A program made the position numbers and the translations under genes. A DNA stretch of 62,333 bases from contig QHPG01000102.1 of the NCBI GenBank assembly GCA_003219005.1, positions 1 to 62,333 of the forward strand, written 5' to 3'. The notes under the pieces were generated by a model. That model was not told where the DNA came from and did not search any database. It saw only the letters and a list, made by a program, of their open reading frames with translations. Shown here piece by piece: positions 1 to 8,887 of this stretch; position 1 is the first letter of the stretch; every line of letters begins with the position of its first letter. The stretch is from Verrucomicrobiota bacterium (lineage in GTDB: Bacteria; Verrucomicrobiota; Verrucomicrobiia; Chthoniobacterales; UBA10450).

Positions 1-248
1 ACAAAATTCGCGAGCGCATCCGCTTTGTGCGCACCGCCCGGGCGCAAGGCAAGATCGGCAGCCGGTTTGGGATTTAGCGAATCATCCTGGCGGCCGGCTT
101 TCTTTGTTGCCGCCGATGAGGGCACCGCTTTTGGCGATGTAGTCTTTGCTGGCCGGGCAACTGCAATGCTGCTTGCGACAACGAGGAAAGCCACTGAAAA
201 GAAAAAACAGTGGCACACCGAAACGGCCCGCTTCTTCCGCTCCCTCAT
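1..248 (-). CDS. 5' part of an exported-protein gene running off the left edge (partial)
   Basis: Not in the ORF track because there is no stop in the window. A minus-strand ATG at 248 opens a frame that stays open to position 1: MRERKKRAVSVCHCFFFSVAFLVVASSIAVARPAKTTSPKAVPSSAATKKAG... This gives a basic n-region, a hydrophobic core, an AVA-type cleavage site, then a P/A/K/S linker. It competes with a 24-codon plus-strand open tail (3..77), which is too short to be significant. Confidence 0.35.
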   Translation of the reverse strand, partial: MRERKKRAVSVCHCFFFSVAFLVVASSIAVARPAKTTSPKAVPSSAATKKAGRQDDSLNPKPAADLALRPGGAHKADALANF

Positions 249-296
249 GCTTAATCTTATCTTTCCGCGCCGTGTTCGGCAAACTAACGTCCGAAT

Positions 297-403
297 GTCA
301 TCCCGAGCACAGTGAGGGACTCCTCACGAGGTGATTGATTACGCTGCTGACCCAGCGTGACCCAAACTTCGTAGGTGGGGTTCCTCACTTCGTTCGGGAT
401 GAC
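297..403. repeat. Imperfect inverted repeat pair with 27-nt arms (GTCATCCCGAGCACAGTGAGGGACTCC / GGGGTTCCTCACTTCGTTCGGGATGAC) and a 53-nt spacer
   Basis: Arms 297-323 and 377-403 are reverse complements at 22 of 27 positions by hand alignment. The left arm also holds its own GTGAGG-GACT-CCTCAC hairpin (312-327). It has no coding capacity and sits between two minus-strand genes. Confidence 0.6.
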
Positions 404-422
404 CGCGATTGGGCTTTGACCC

Positions 423-457
423 GACGTTCGACGTTCGGTGTTGAGCGTTGGACGTTC
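423..457. repeat. 35-nt module of five degenerate heptamers (GACGTTC GACGTTC GGTGTTG AGCGTTG GACGTTC)
   Basis: Read directly. It shares an identical 16-mer TTGAGCGTTGGACGTT (441-456) with the module at 14564-14598. Confidence 0.7.
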
Positions 458-479
458 TCTGGTCGCCAGACGTTACAGG

Positions 480-584
480 TTACACCTTATATCGGAGACG
501 CTTCTTATGCCGATGCGCCCTCATACGCTTGCGGCGCTTGTGCTTGGCAATTTTTGCTTTCCGTCTTTTTTTGAGAGAGCCCAT
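480..584 (-). CDS. 34-aa Lys/Arg-rich protein, bS22-like (AURKAIP1/COX24-type small basic/ribosomal protein)
   Basis: Below the ORF-track size cut-off. Minus-strand ATG (584-582) to TAA (482-480) translates to MGSLKKRRKAKIAKHKRRKRMRAHRHKKRLRYKV. The MGS-x-KKRRK...KHKR pattern matches the bS22 small-protein family as I remember it. Confidence 0.55.
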   Translation of the reverse strand: MGSLKKRRKAKIAKHKRRKRMRAHRHKKRLRYKV

Positions 585-1096
585 TTAGGTTTTCGGGGTC
601 GCAGGTTGCGATTCAACCATTTAATCCGCTTCATTGCAACTCAGTTTCGCTGCGGTCGTGGTCATCATTGGCCGGGTTCGTGCGGCTTCTGTGCAGCGAT
701 GATCATGCTATTCTTCAGGAAGCCATGTGCTCAGTGGTGAGTGAACACGACGGCGCACACGAGGAGAGAATGAGATGCAGATAGAGTCCAGCGCCTTTCA
801 TATCCGACCACTGCAACTTTCAGCTACTTGTATCTAGCTCGCGATAGCGTTTCGCGCGATCCAGACCGAGCCACGCGGCATACAACGAGATGACGATGCT
901 GTATATTGGGATCAGTATGGCCGAGCATCCTGTGAACGGGAGAGAGTCGTGAGCAGAAATGCGTTCACGGCGAGAATCGTCGCCGTGAACCAGAACTGCT
1001 CGGTCGTGCACTTGTCCTTTTGCGCTTGGTGCTCGTTATCGTTCACGCGTGACTAGACCTAACAAGAATTAGATCAAAAAATTCCGTCTAATCCAA

Positions 1097-2776
1097 TCAC
1101 TTCTTCAGCATTACATCGCGTTTCGCTTTAAACTCGGTTCCCGCTTTCCATTCCGGGAATTTGTCGCCGTTAGCGACCTGATAGCCGACTTCGAAGAGGA
1201 TTTGAACGTCTTGCACCGCGCCGGAGAGGTCCCACGTGGGATCAACTTCGTCGGACGGCTGGTGATAATGTTTCGCGACAAATTCGTCGCGCTTCTGCTT
1301 TCCGTACCCTGGCGGTTTGCCAATAATCTCAATGCCGCGGGCTGCGTGCAACACGGGGACACCGACCTTTGCGAATTCGAAACTATCGACCCGATAGAAG
1401 CCGCCTTTCTCCGGTTCGCTGTTCGGCTTCATCACGCGCTCCTGTCGCGCAGCCGCCTGGCCTAACAAGTCGTCCAATGTTGAATTGCTATTGGTGAGGT
1501 CTTCGAGGTCGCGCGTTTTTCCCAACGGATTGATGCCGTCGATGTTGATGTCGGCGAGCGTTTTCTCCAGCGGATACAATGGATGCTCAGCGTAAAACTT
1601 TGCGCCAAGTAATCCCGCTTCTTCGGCAGTCGTTGCCATGAACAACACCGATCGTTTCGGCGGCGGATTTAGTTTTTTAAACGCGGCTGCAAGCTGAATA
1701 ACGGACGCCACGCCGGACGCGTTATCGATCGCGCCGTTGAAAATCTGATCGCCCTGTAATTCGGGATGACGCCCGAGATGGTCCCAGTGCGCAGTGCAAA
1801 TGATGTATTCGTCCCGCAATTTCGGATCGTCACCTTCGAGTTTGCCGATGACATTGTGCGATTTGAACGAACGAATCTGTTGTTTAATCTCGATGTTGGC
1901 TTTGGCATTCAACGCCACCGGCCGGAACTCTTTTGTTACCGCCGTTTCCTTCAGCGCATCAAAATCCTGGCCGCAATCCGCGAATAATTTTTTCGCAACA
2001 TCGCGCGTGATCCAGGAACGCGCCGAAACCGCGTCCATGTTCTTGTTCGGATTATCGAGCTCGAAGTTTTCTTTGCCCCAGCTCGATCTCACTACCTGCC
2101 ACGGATAAGCGGCCGGTTCGGTTTCGTGAATGATGATCGCCGCGGACGCGCCTTTTTGCGCTGCGATTTCGTATTTGTAGGTCCAGCGGCCGTAGTAGGT
2201 CATCGCTTTTCCCTTAAACATTTTGTCGTCGAGCTTTGACGGATCTTTCGGATCCGGCACCGGCGGATCGCCGATCAACATCAGCAACGTTCTGCCATGC
2301 ACATCGACATCTTTGTAATCGTTCCAGCCGTATTCCGGCGCCACGATGCCGTAGCCGACAAAGACTACGTCGGCCTTGTCGATTTTGATTTCCGGTTGAA
2401 GACGCGCAGAGGAAGCAACGAAATCATCCGGAGATTTGAGGTCGCTGGTTTTGTCGCCAACCATGAACGACATTCGTGGTTCGCTCTTGATCCCGGCCAA
2501 GGGAACCTCCTGCATGTATGTCCCGTCCGGATTTCCCGGCTGCAACCCGATCTGTTTGAACTGATCGGTGATGTATTTGACCGAAAGCTCTTCCCCTTTC
2601 GTTCCCGGCGCGCGTCCTTCGAATTCATCCGATGCGAGAATCTTGATATGCGCGAGCAGGCCGTCCGGAGTGATCGCTTCCAGCGCCGGCTGCAAACGCT
2701 CCGCCAATTCATCAGCCGCAAGGAGCGAGGTTGCAGCGGCGAGGAAGATCGCGGCTAACCAACGTGCAGTTTTCAT
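1097..2776 (-). CDS. Secreted M28-family zinc aminopeptidase with PA-like insert
   Basis: 559 aa with signal peptide [24 protein letters not shown]28 signatures are present: [31 protein letters not shown]. Confidence 0.85.
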   Translation of the reverse strand: MKTARWLAAIFLAAATSLLAADELAERLQPALEAITPDGLLAHIKILASDEFEGRAPGTKGEELSVKYITDQFKQIGLQPGNPDGTYMQEVPLAGIKSEPRMSFMVGDKTSDLKSPDDFVASSARLQPEIKIDKADVVFVGYGIVAPEYGWNDYKDVDVHGRTLLMLIGDPPVPDPKDPSKLDDKMFKGKAMTYYGRWTYKYEIAAQKGASAAIIIHETEPAAYPWQVVRSSWGKENFELDNPNKNMDAVSARSWITRDVAKKLFADCGQDFDALKETAVTKEFRPVALNAKANIEIKQQIRSFKSHNVIGKLEGDDPKLRDEYIICTAHWDHLGRHPELQGDQIFNGAIDNASGVASVIQLAAAFKKLNPPPKRSVLFMATTAEEAGLLGAKFYAEHPLYPLEKTLADINIDGINPLGKTRDLEDLTNSNSTLDDLLGQAAARQERVMKPNSEPEKGGFYRVDSFEFAKVGVPVLHAARGIEIIGKPPGYGKQKRDEFVAKHYHQPSDEVDPTWDLSGAVQDVQILFEVGYQVANGDKFPEWKAGTEFKAKRDVMLKK

Positions 2777-2895
2777 GCGTTCCTTTTAGCGGTGCCCTGC
2801 AAGCGTCGCAAGATAATGACGAAATCCGAATGACCCGCCTTTGCCAAGGCTTCGGCGTGGCAGGCGAATGACGAAGCAATTGGCAAACTGGGTTC

Positions 2896-4596
2896 TCAAG
2901 TTTTCCGCTGCAGAATAGTGATGCGTCCGCGCAGGGAATCGATGGTTCGCGGATAAGTCCATACAGGCGCATGCGCCGCGTCGCCATCGAACACAATGGC
3001 GTATAGGAATTTCCCGCTAAGAAGGTCTCCGTAATATCTGCGAACAGTTTCTCCGGGCACGTTATAATCAGGCGAATAAACGGCGATGTAATCCGGATTG
3101 CGCTTCCCCAAGGCGGCGGCGGTGAATAGCCCTTGGTCAGGATGTCCTTCTTTCTCGGCAACGAGGGGTTGCACCCAATCGGGAAACACTTTGCTGAACA
3201 ACTCGACGCGACCCGGCATATGAGGCAGACGCAGGTCGGTGATATCTCGTGCTGGTGGTATGGGTTCGTCTGTTCGGCCAAGATGAATTTCGTGGGCATC
3301 GAAATTCGGCAGCTGCGACCAATGTGGACAGGTGCCACTCGATTCGATTACGCTGCCGGGCGGCACATTTTTCACCATCCAAAGCTGTGCCTTCAGGCGC
3401 GGATCATCGTTGAAGCGCTTCCCGACCAGATAACTGCACAGGCAGTTGTAAATCAGAACCGGCACGACTAACGCAAGAATCCATTTTCGCCGGTCGAACG
3501 TCTGCAACGCCGGGCCAATCATCAAGATCAAGAACGGAATAGCGGGCAAAACATAGCGCGTTTCCGTTCGCGGGAACGTCCCGATTTTCAAAATGTAGAG
3601 CAGAAATACGGCGCTGCTCAGAGTGAATCCGCGCGTGGCAGCGTCGCTGAGGTCGCGTCGTTTCAGAATTAGAATGCAGCTCAAAATCGCGAGACCGGCG
3701 ATCAAAATTGCACCGGGAATTCCGAGAATTTCCGGAATTCGACCAACAGCTCCAAGATAATTGGCGCGGTCCGGTTGACCGCTGTAACGGGGCGTGACGG
3801 TGTAGTTGTAGATGAAATCGTTCCAGAATCTTTTCGGCTCATAGGGCGCAGTCGGGCATCCGAAGTAAAATCCGAGCAGAGCCATGCCCAACCCAATTCC
3901 GAGTTGGCGATTAAGAATCATCCGCCGAAGGCTCTCGCCTTTCGTGGCGAAGAAATGCGCAACAAGAAACGCGATTCCGACTGCCAGGCCGTTGTATTTG
4001 GTTGCGGTTGTGATGCCGATCAAAAAGCCAGCAATTGCGTAATTCCGCGTGCTGGGGGCTGATGCGAGCCGGTTCGCGGCCCAAAACGCCGCAAGCATCC
4101 AGAACAAGAGCGGCACATCCACGGTGAGGAAATGGGCATGAGCAACAAATCCGGCGCTCGTGGCGAAAGCGAACGCGATGATAGCAGCAGAAAATCTTCC
4201 ATACGAGCTACGGCTAAAGCTATAGGCGAGCGCAATTGTGCCGAGGTAAAGTGCAATTGTCAGTAACCGCGATCCGATCAGCTTTGCCGGATTGGCGATT
4301 TTAATTCTATCCTTCGGCACTTGGGCGATCTTCATAACTCCGTCGATTGGCCAGACCACCAACACGTGGTTCAAGTAGGTATGAAACGGCGGCTTCATGT
4401 AGTCGCTTGGCCGCAGGGCGCGCAAACCACGCAGTGCAATCGAACTGCGATTCCAGTCTTCGACCCGCCCCCACGTGATCCCCTGCAGACAAAAAAGGAA
4501 CGCGAGTGACACTGCCGCGATTAATAGCGGATCAAGGATTTGAATTTTCCTCGATTGCTCCACGGATTCGGACAGGGAAGACGTCGTAGGTCGCAA
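2896..4596 (-). CDS. GT39/PMT_2-type (ArnT-like) polytopic membrane glycosyltransferase
   Basis: 566 aa with many hydrophobic segments. It has an N-terminal loop with KPPFHTYL and a large C-terminal soluble part. The track start is TTG; the true start is uncertain. Confidence 0.65.
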   Translation of the reverse strand: MRPTTSSLSESVEQSRKIQILDPLLIAAVSLAFLFCLQGITWGRVEDWNRSSIALRGLRALRPSDYMKPPFHTYLNHVLVVWPIDGVMKIAQVPKDRIKIANPAKLIGSRLLTIALYLGTIALAYSFSRSSYGRFSAAIIAFAFATSAGFVAHAHFLTVDVPLLFWMLAAFWAANRLASAPSTRNYAIAGFLIGITTATKYNGLAVGIAFLVAHFFATKGESLRRMILNRQLGIGLGMALLGFYFGCPTAPYEPKRFWNDFIYNYTVTPRYSGQPDRANYLGAVGRIPEILGIPGAILIAGLAILSCILILKRRDLSDAATRGFTLSSAVFLLYILKIGTFPRTETRYVLPAIPFLILMIGPALQTFDRRKWILALVVPVLIYNCLCSYLVGKRFNDDPRLKAQLWMVKNVPPGSVIESSGTCPHWSQLPNFDAHEIHLGRTDEPIPPARDITDLRLPHMPGRVELFSKVFPDWVQPLVAEKEGHPDQGLFTAAALGKRNPDYIAVYSPDYNVPGETVRRYYGDLLSGKFLYAIVFDGDAAHAPVWTYPRTIDSLRGRITILQRKT

Positions 4597-4652
4597 CGTT
4601 ATCTTTCGCGCTACAAACTAGAAGCAGGCCTGGCCACAGATTGACACGGATT

Positions 4653-6776
4653 TCACAGCCCGGCGGGTGCTTTCTTCTTATTATCAGCTTTCACGCCGAT
4701 CTTTTTCAGGAACGGCTCGATCGATTGTTTGCGGCCGAGGAATTTCTCGATGGACATGGTCACCTCGCGTGAATCGCCGGGCTCGTAAATTTCGCGGCGC
4801 AATTTCAGGCCGGCTTGTTTGTCTAGGTAACCGTCCTTCGCTTTTTCAAAGACGGTTGCCAAATCAGCGGCGATGGCATCGGCCCAAGCGTAGCCGTAGT
4901 AACCGGCGTCGTACCCGTTCAAGTGACCAAAATAGGAGACGAACGTCGTGCTGGAATCGATTGGTAGAAAAACTTTTTCCAAAATGGGATTTGATATGGC
5001 AACGCAATCGTAAGGCATTTCTTCAGGATGCGGGTCGTGCAGAGCCAGATCGAGTGATGCGAACGCGAATTGGCGGCGGTAAAAAACACCAGCGTCGGCG
5101 AGCTTGGCATCATTCATTTTTTTGACGATCTCGGCCGGAATCTTTTTCGACGGGTCATGGTAATCGGCCGCGAAAGTGTCGAGCACTTTTTTGTCCCAGA
5201 CCCAATTCTGCAACATCTGCGACGGCGCTTCGACGAAATCCCCCGGCACATGGGTTCCGGCGAAACGTCCGTACTTCGCGCGAGTGACAATGGAATGCAG
5301 GCAGTGGCCGAATTCGTGGAACAGCGTTTCTACATCCTGGTGTGTGAGCAAAGATGGTTTGTCGGCTGTCGGCGGCGGAAAGTTGCAAAGCAAAGCGACG
5401 GTCGGCCGCTGATATTTGCCATCCGGTAACAGTTTGCCACTAATAATGTCGAACTGCGCGAAGTGATTGAATTTTCCTTCGCGCGGGAACATATCGAGGT
5501 AAAACATGCCAAGCGGTTCGCCACTGGCGGCATCCGTCACCAGATAAAGCTGGAGATCATCGATCCATTTGTAAGGCGCGGCGATTTTTTCAAATTTCAG
5601 GCCGAAGATGTTCTGATAGATGTTGAACATTCCATCGAGCACCTTTTGGAACGGGAAATACGCGCGCAACGCTTCCTTATCGACGTCGTACTTTTGTTTG
5701 TTCCGCTGGTTGCTGTAGTAGCGCCAGTCCCATACCATGATTTTGGCGTTGGGATCGTTCGTGTCGGCGGCTTTCAACTTTTGTAATTCCGTCAGTTCAC
5801 TGTCGAATTTCGGCTGAATACCTGCGACCAGATCATTGATGTATTTTTCCGCATTCATCCCGGTCTTGGCCATTTTGATTTCGGTCTGGTAATCGTCCCA
5901 TGACTTGTAACCGAGCCGCAGCGCAATCTTGTTCCGGAGCGCAAGCATTTGGTTGAGAACAGAAACGTTGCTGTCTTTCGCGAGGGTGTCGTGAATGACG
6001 TAAAGCTGCTTGCGAACCGCTTCACTTTTCGCGTTTTCCTCCACGGTGATGAATTGCCAGGTAACATTTGCCATCACCGTGTAAACGTCATCGCCGGTCT
6101 TGATTCCCGGCGCGGCGAGGAAACTTTCCGGGACCCCGTCCAGATCAGCCTTTGTAAACATTACCGGAGCAGTGGCCTTAACGACGTTGGTGTCGAAGTC
6201 GGTCCCGAGTTTGGACAATTCCTTGCGTAACTGTTCGACTTCCTTTCGCTGATCGGGCGGCAACTCAAGACCCGCGCGACGATAATCGCGCAAGGTTTCC
6301 TTGAGCAACTTTTCGTCTTCGCCGGTGAGTTTGGGATGAATATCGGCAAAAGCTTTGATGGCTTTGTAAACGTCCTCGCGATAATCGATTCCGACCGCCC
6401 ACTCTTGAAAGGCCTTCACCGCGTTCTCAGCCGCCGTGCGCATGCCAGGATTCGTGTTTGTTTCCTTAATGATCGTTGCCCTGTTCGCCGTGATTCCGGC
6501 TTGATATGTGAGATCGTCGAGCGCTACGACGGTGCTTTTGAAAGTAACCTTGCTCAGGTCTTGGGCACCGATTTGATCGAGCGCGCTATTTGCTTTAGCG
6601 ATCGCATCTTTCATTGATGCCTCGATCGCTTCCGGCCTCTGTTCCCAGTCGGGGATCGTCAGCACTGCGTTTGCCTTCGCGGCAGCGGTGCGAAAGTCAT
6701 CGACGGATTTCGGTTCACCGGCCGAGAGATCGACGACGGCCGCACAAAACAAGATCGACAAGCACAAGTTTTTCAT
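4653..6776 (-). CDS. Secreted M3-family metallopeptidase (Dcp/oligopeptidase A-like)
   Basis: 707 aa with signal peptide MKNLCLSILFCAAVVDLSAG. The HEXXH zinc site sits in M3 context (LFHEFGHCLHS ... FVEAPSQ). Confidence 0.85.
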   Translation of the reverse strand: MKNLCLSILFCAAVVDLSAGEPKSVDDFRTAAAKANAVLTIPDWEQRPEAIEASMKDAIAKANSALDQIGAQDLSKVTFKSTVVALDDLTYQAGITANRATIIKETNTNPGMRTAAENAVKAFQEWAVGIDYREDVYKAIKAFADIHPKLTGEDEKLLKETLRDYRRAGLELPPDQRKEVEQLRKELSKLGTDFDTNVVKATAPVMFTKADLDGVPESFLAAPGIKTGDDVYTVMANVTWQFITVEENAKSEAVRKQLYVIHDTLAKDSNVSVLNQMLALRNKIALRLGYKSWDDYQTEIKMAKTGMNAEKYINDLVAGIQPKFDSELTELQKLKAADTNDPNAKIMVWDWRYYSNQRNKQKYDVDKEALRAYFPFQKVLDGMFNIYQNIFGLKFEKIAAPYKWIDDLQLYLVTDAASGEPLGMFYLDMFPREGKFNHFAQFDIISGKLLPDGKYQRPTVALLCNFPPPTADKPSLLTHQDVETLFHEFGHCLHSIVTRAKYGRFAGTHVPGDFVEAPSQMLQNWVWDKKVLDTFAADYHDPSKKIPAEIVKKMNDAKLADAGVFYRRQFAFASLDLALHDPHPEEMPYDCVAISNPILEKVFLPIDSSTTFVSYFGHLNGYDAGYYGYAWADAIAADLATVFEKAKDGYLDKQAGLKLRREIYEPGDSREVTMSIEKFLGRKQSIEPFLKKIGVKADNKKKAPAGL

Positions 6777-6856
6777 TCGGAAAGGTTTGATTGCTGAAGA
6801 CGGCGAACATTGTGTAGAACGTTCATCGCGTAAAGTGAAATCCCTGCGCGAATCGC

Positions 6857-7435
6857 ATGATTGAGAAATTTTTCCTCGCCTTCATCCCGGTCTTTGTCGC
6901 CATCGATCCAATTGGGCTCGTCGCGATCTTCATGGGTCTTGGCACGAGCGCGTCGCGCGATCATCGAAAACAGCAGGCGTTTCTGGGAATCTTCACAGCT
7001 CTCTGCGTTGCCGTCGGATTTATTTTTCTTGGGAAAATTATTTTCGCCGCGCTTGGAATCACCGTTGCGGATTTTCAAGTCGCCGGTGGCCTGATCTTGC
7101 TTGGCTTGGCCGGGCGCGAACTGCTCGGCCTTGGCCCGCATGATCGCGGAGGTGGGGACGAATTTGGCGTTGTTCCACTTGGCATGCCGCTCATTGCCGG
7201 GCCCGCATTGCTTACCGCTCTCTTGATTTTGGTCGATACAGTCGGTCTGCTTTTCACGTTAGTCTCGCTTTTGATAAATCTCGCACTGGTCGCGATCGCG
7301 TTCTGCAATGCTGATCAGTTTACGCGTTGGATGGGCAAACAGGGGCTGCGCGGTGCCTCGAAAATAATCGCGCTGCTTCTCGCGGCGATTGCCGTGAGCC
7401 TGATTCGTCGTGGCTGGCACGCCGCCGGGGCCTAA
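6857..7435 (+). CDS. MarC/UPF0056 family membrane protein
   Basis: 192 aa with about six hydrophobic segments. The N-terminus FFLAFIPVFVAIDPIGLV is typical of the MarC family. Confidence 0.75.
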   Translation: MIEKFFLAFIPVFVAIDPIGLVAIFMGLGTSASRDHRKQQAFLGIFTALCVAVGFIFLGKIIFAALGITVADFQVAGGLILLGLAGRELLGLGPHDRGGGDEFGVVPLGMPLIAGPALLTALLILVDTVGLLFTLVSLLINLALVAIAFCNADQFTRWMGKQGLRGASKIIALLLAAIAVSLIRRGWHAAGA

Positions 7436-7543
7436 TCAGTTATTGCCTTTAGCAACGCCACGTTTTAATTTGCAGCAGGTTAAATCCGAAGAGGAGGCCT
7501 GACCCGAATCAATTTAGCGTATTGAGAGCATAACTCGGGATCG

Positions 7544-7571
7544 TTGACACGCTGGCGACCCTTGTTACTAT
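7544..7571 (+). promoter_or_regulatory. Candidate sigma70-type promoter for hpnH-shc (TTGACA-16 nt-TACTAT)
   Basis: TTGACA at 7544-7549 and TACTAT at 7566-7571, with a 16-nt spacer. The -10 box ends only 10 nt before the hpnH ATG (7582), implying a very short leader. This is a sequence match only. Confidence 0.3.
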
Positions 7572-7581
7572 CCTCGCTCCT

Positions 7582-8880
7582 ATGAGATTTCCGCTCGCAT
7601 TAACAACGAAGATCGCGGCTTACATGATCGGCCACAAGTTGCGTGGCACGAAGAAGTTCGCCACGGTGCTTCAGCTCGAGCCGTTGCACACGTGCAACCT
7701 GACTTGCACCGGTTGCGGGCGGATCCGCGAATATTCCACGTCGCTCAAGGACATAATGAGCCTGGAGGATTGCCTCGCGGCGGCAGAGGAGTGCAACGCG
7801 CCCATGGTCTCGATCTGCGGAGGCGAACCGCTCATTTACCCACACATCGAAGCGCTGGTGAATGGATTGCTCGCGCAAAATCGGATCGTTTACATCTGCA
7901 CCAACGCCATGTTCATGCGCAGGAAAATGCGCGACTGGATGGCGTCGCAGATCGCCACGCGCCCCGAGTTCGTCGATGAGAAAATCGACGAGTTAATGAA
8001 AGTCGGTTTGCTTAGCGAGAAAGATGCGGCTGAAATCCGCAAAGGTCCGAAAGACCCGGCCAAGCCCACGATCGCGCCGAGTAAATGGATGTATTGGAAC
8101 GTCCACCTCGATGGACTGGAGCGCATTCACGATCTGATCGTGGAACGCGAAGGTGTCTTCAAGGAGTGCATTCTCGCAATAAAGATGGCGAAGAATCTCG
8201 GCTATCAAGTGGCAACCAACACGACCATTTACAAGGAAACCGATATGCAAGAGGTCGAGCAGATGTTCGATTATCTCTCCGATCTTGGCGTCGATGGCCA
8301 CACAATTTCCCCCGGCTATGAGTACGACGCCGCGAAGAAAGACATGATCAAACGGCTCAATCTGCGCCCTGAGAATTTTTTCCTCACCCGGTCCATGACG
8401 ATTCGGAAATTCCGGAAAGTGGAGGAATGGATGAATCGATACACGTTTCTCGGCACGCCGGTTTATTTTGAATTTCTCGCCGGCAAACGGGATTTGACCT
8501 GTTCAGCCTGGGCGATTCCGACCCGGAATATTCGCGGATGGAAAGGGCCGTGCTATCTCATGACCGACGGCCATTACTCGAGCTACGCGGAATTGCTCGA
8601 GAAAACCGAGTGGGACAAATACGGCGTCGTGAACGGCATCGCACGCGACAGCCGTTGCGAGAATTGCATGGTGCACTGCGGCTACGAGCCAACTGCCAGC
8701 CTCGGGCTCCAAGCGCAGCGCGGCGATACTTGGAAGACGATTAGGTTCAATTTCGGGCCAAAACCGAAGCCGACGGGCCGGGGCAGCGAGACGGTTGTGT
8801 TTAACGGTGTGAGCAGCGGCAACGGGCATATCACCGGGAAGTCCGCTCAAACGAACGGCGCTGCAGCGCACGCCTCGTAA
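7582..8880 (+). CDS. hpnH: Hopanoid-biosynthesis radical SAM protein HpnH (adenosylhopane synthase)
   Basis: 432 aa. The radical-SAM box CNLTCTGCGRIREY lies in the HpnH-type N-terminal context (KIAAYMIGHKLRG.KKFATVLQLEPLH). A 7-nt gap separates it from shc. Confidence 0.85.
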   Translation: MRFPLALTTKIAAYMIGHKLRGTKKFATVLQLEPLHTCNLTCTGCGRIREYSTSLKDIMSLEDCLAAAEECNAPMVSICGGEPLIYPHIEALVNGLLAQNRIVYICTNAMFMRRKMRDWMASQIATRPEFVDEKIDELMKVGLLSEKDAAEIRKGPKDPAKPTIAPSKWMYWNVHLDGLERIHDLIVEREGVFKECILAIKMAKNLGYQVATNTTIYKETDMQEVEQMFDYLSDLGVDGHTISPGYEYDAAKKDMIKRLNLRPENFFLTRSMTIRKFRKVEEWMNRYTFLGTPVYFEFLAGKRDLTCSAWAIPTRNIRGWKGPCYLMTDGHYSSYAELLEKTEWDKYGVVNGIARDSRCENCMVHCGYEPTASLGLQAQRGDTWKTIRFNFGPKPKPTGRGSETVVFNGVSSGNGHITGKSAQTNGAAAHAS

Positions 8881-8887
8881 GATCGAC

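Noticed and set aside
3-77. Plus-strand open tail ..KIRERIRFVRTARAQGKIGSRFGI* that could be the 3' end of a gene entering from the left.
   Set aside because: Only 24 codons are visible, so the open frame is not statistically meaningful. It conflicts with the 82-codon minus-strand frame that has a signal-peptide-like start. It cannot be excluded without the upstream sequence.
25-740. Track ORFs 25..315, 82..282, 146..334, 335..574 and 438..740 at the left end.
   Set aside because: They run through repeat elements (inverted repeat 297-403, heptamer module 423-457) or lie opposite the better-supported features (exported-protein start at 248, bS22-like gene 480-584). The translations are low-complexity.
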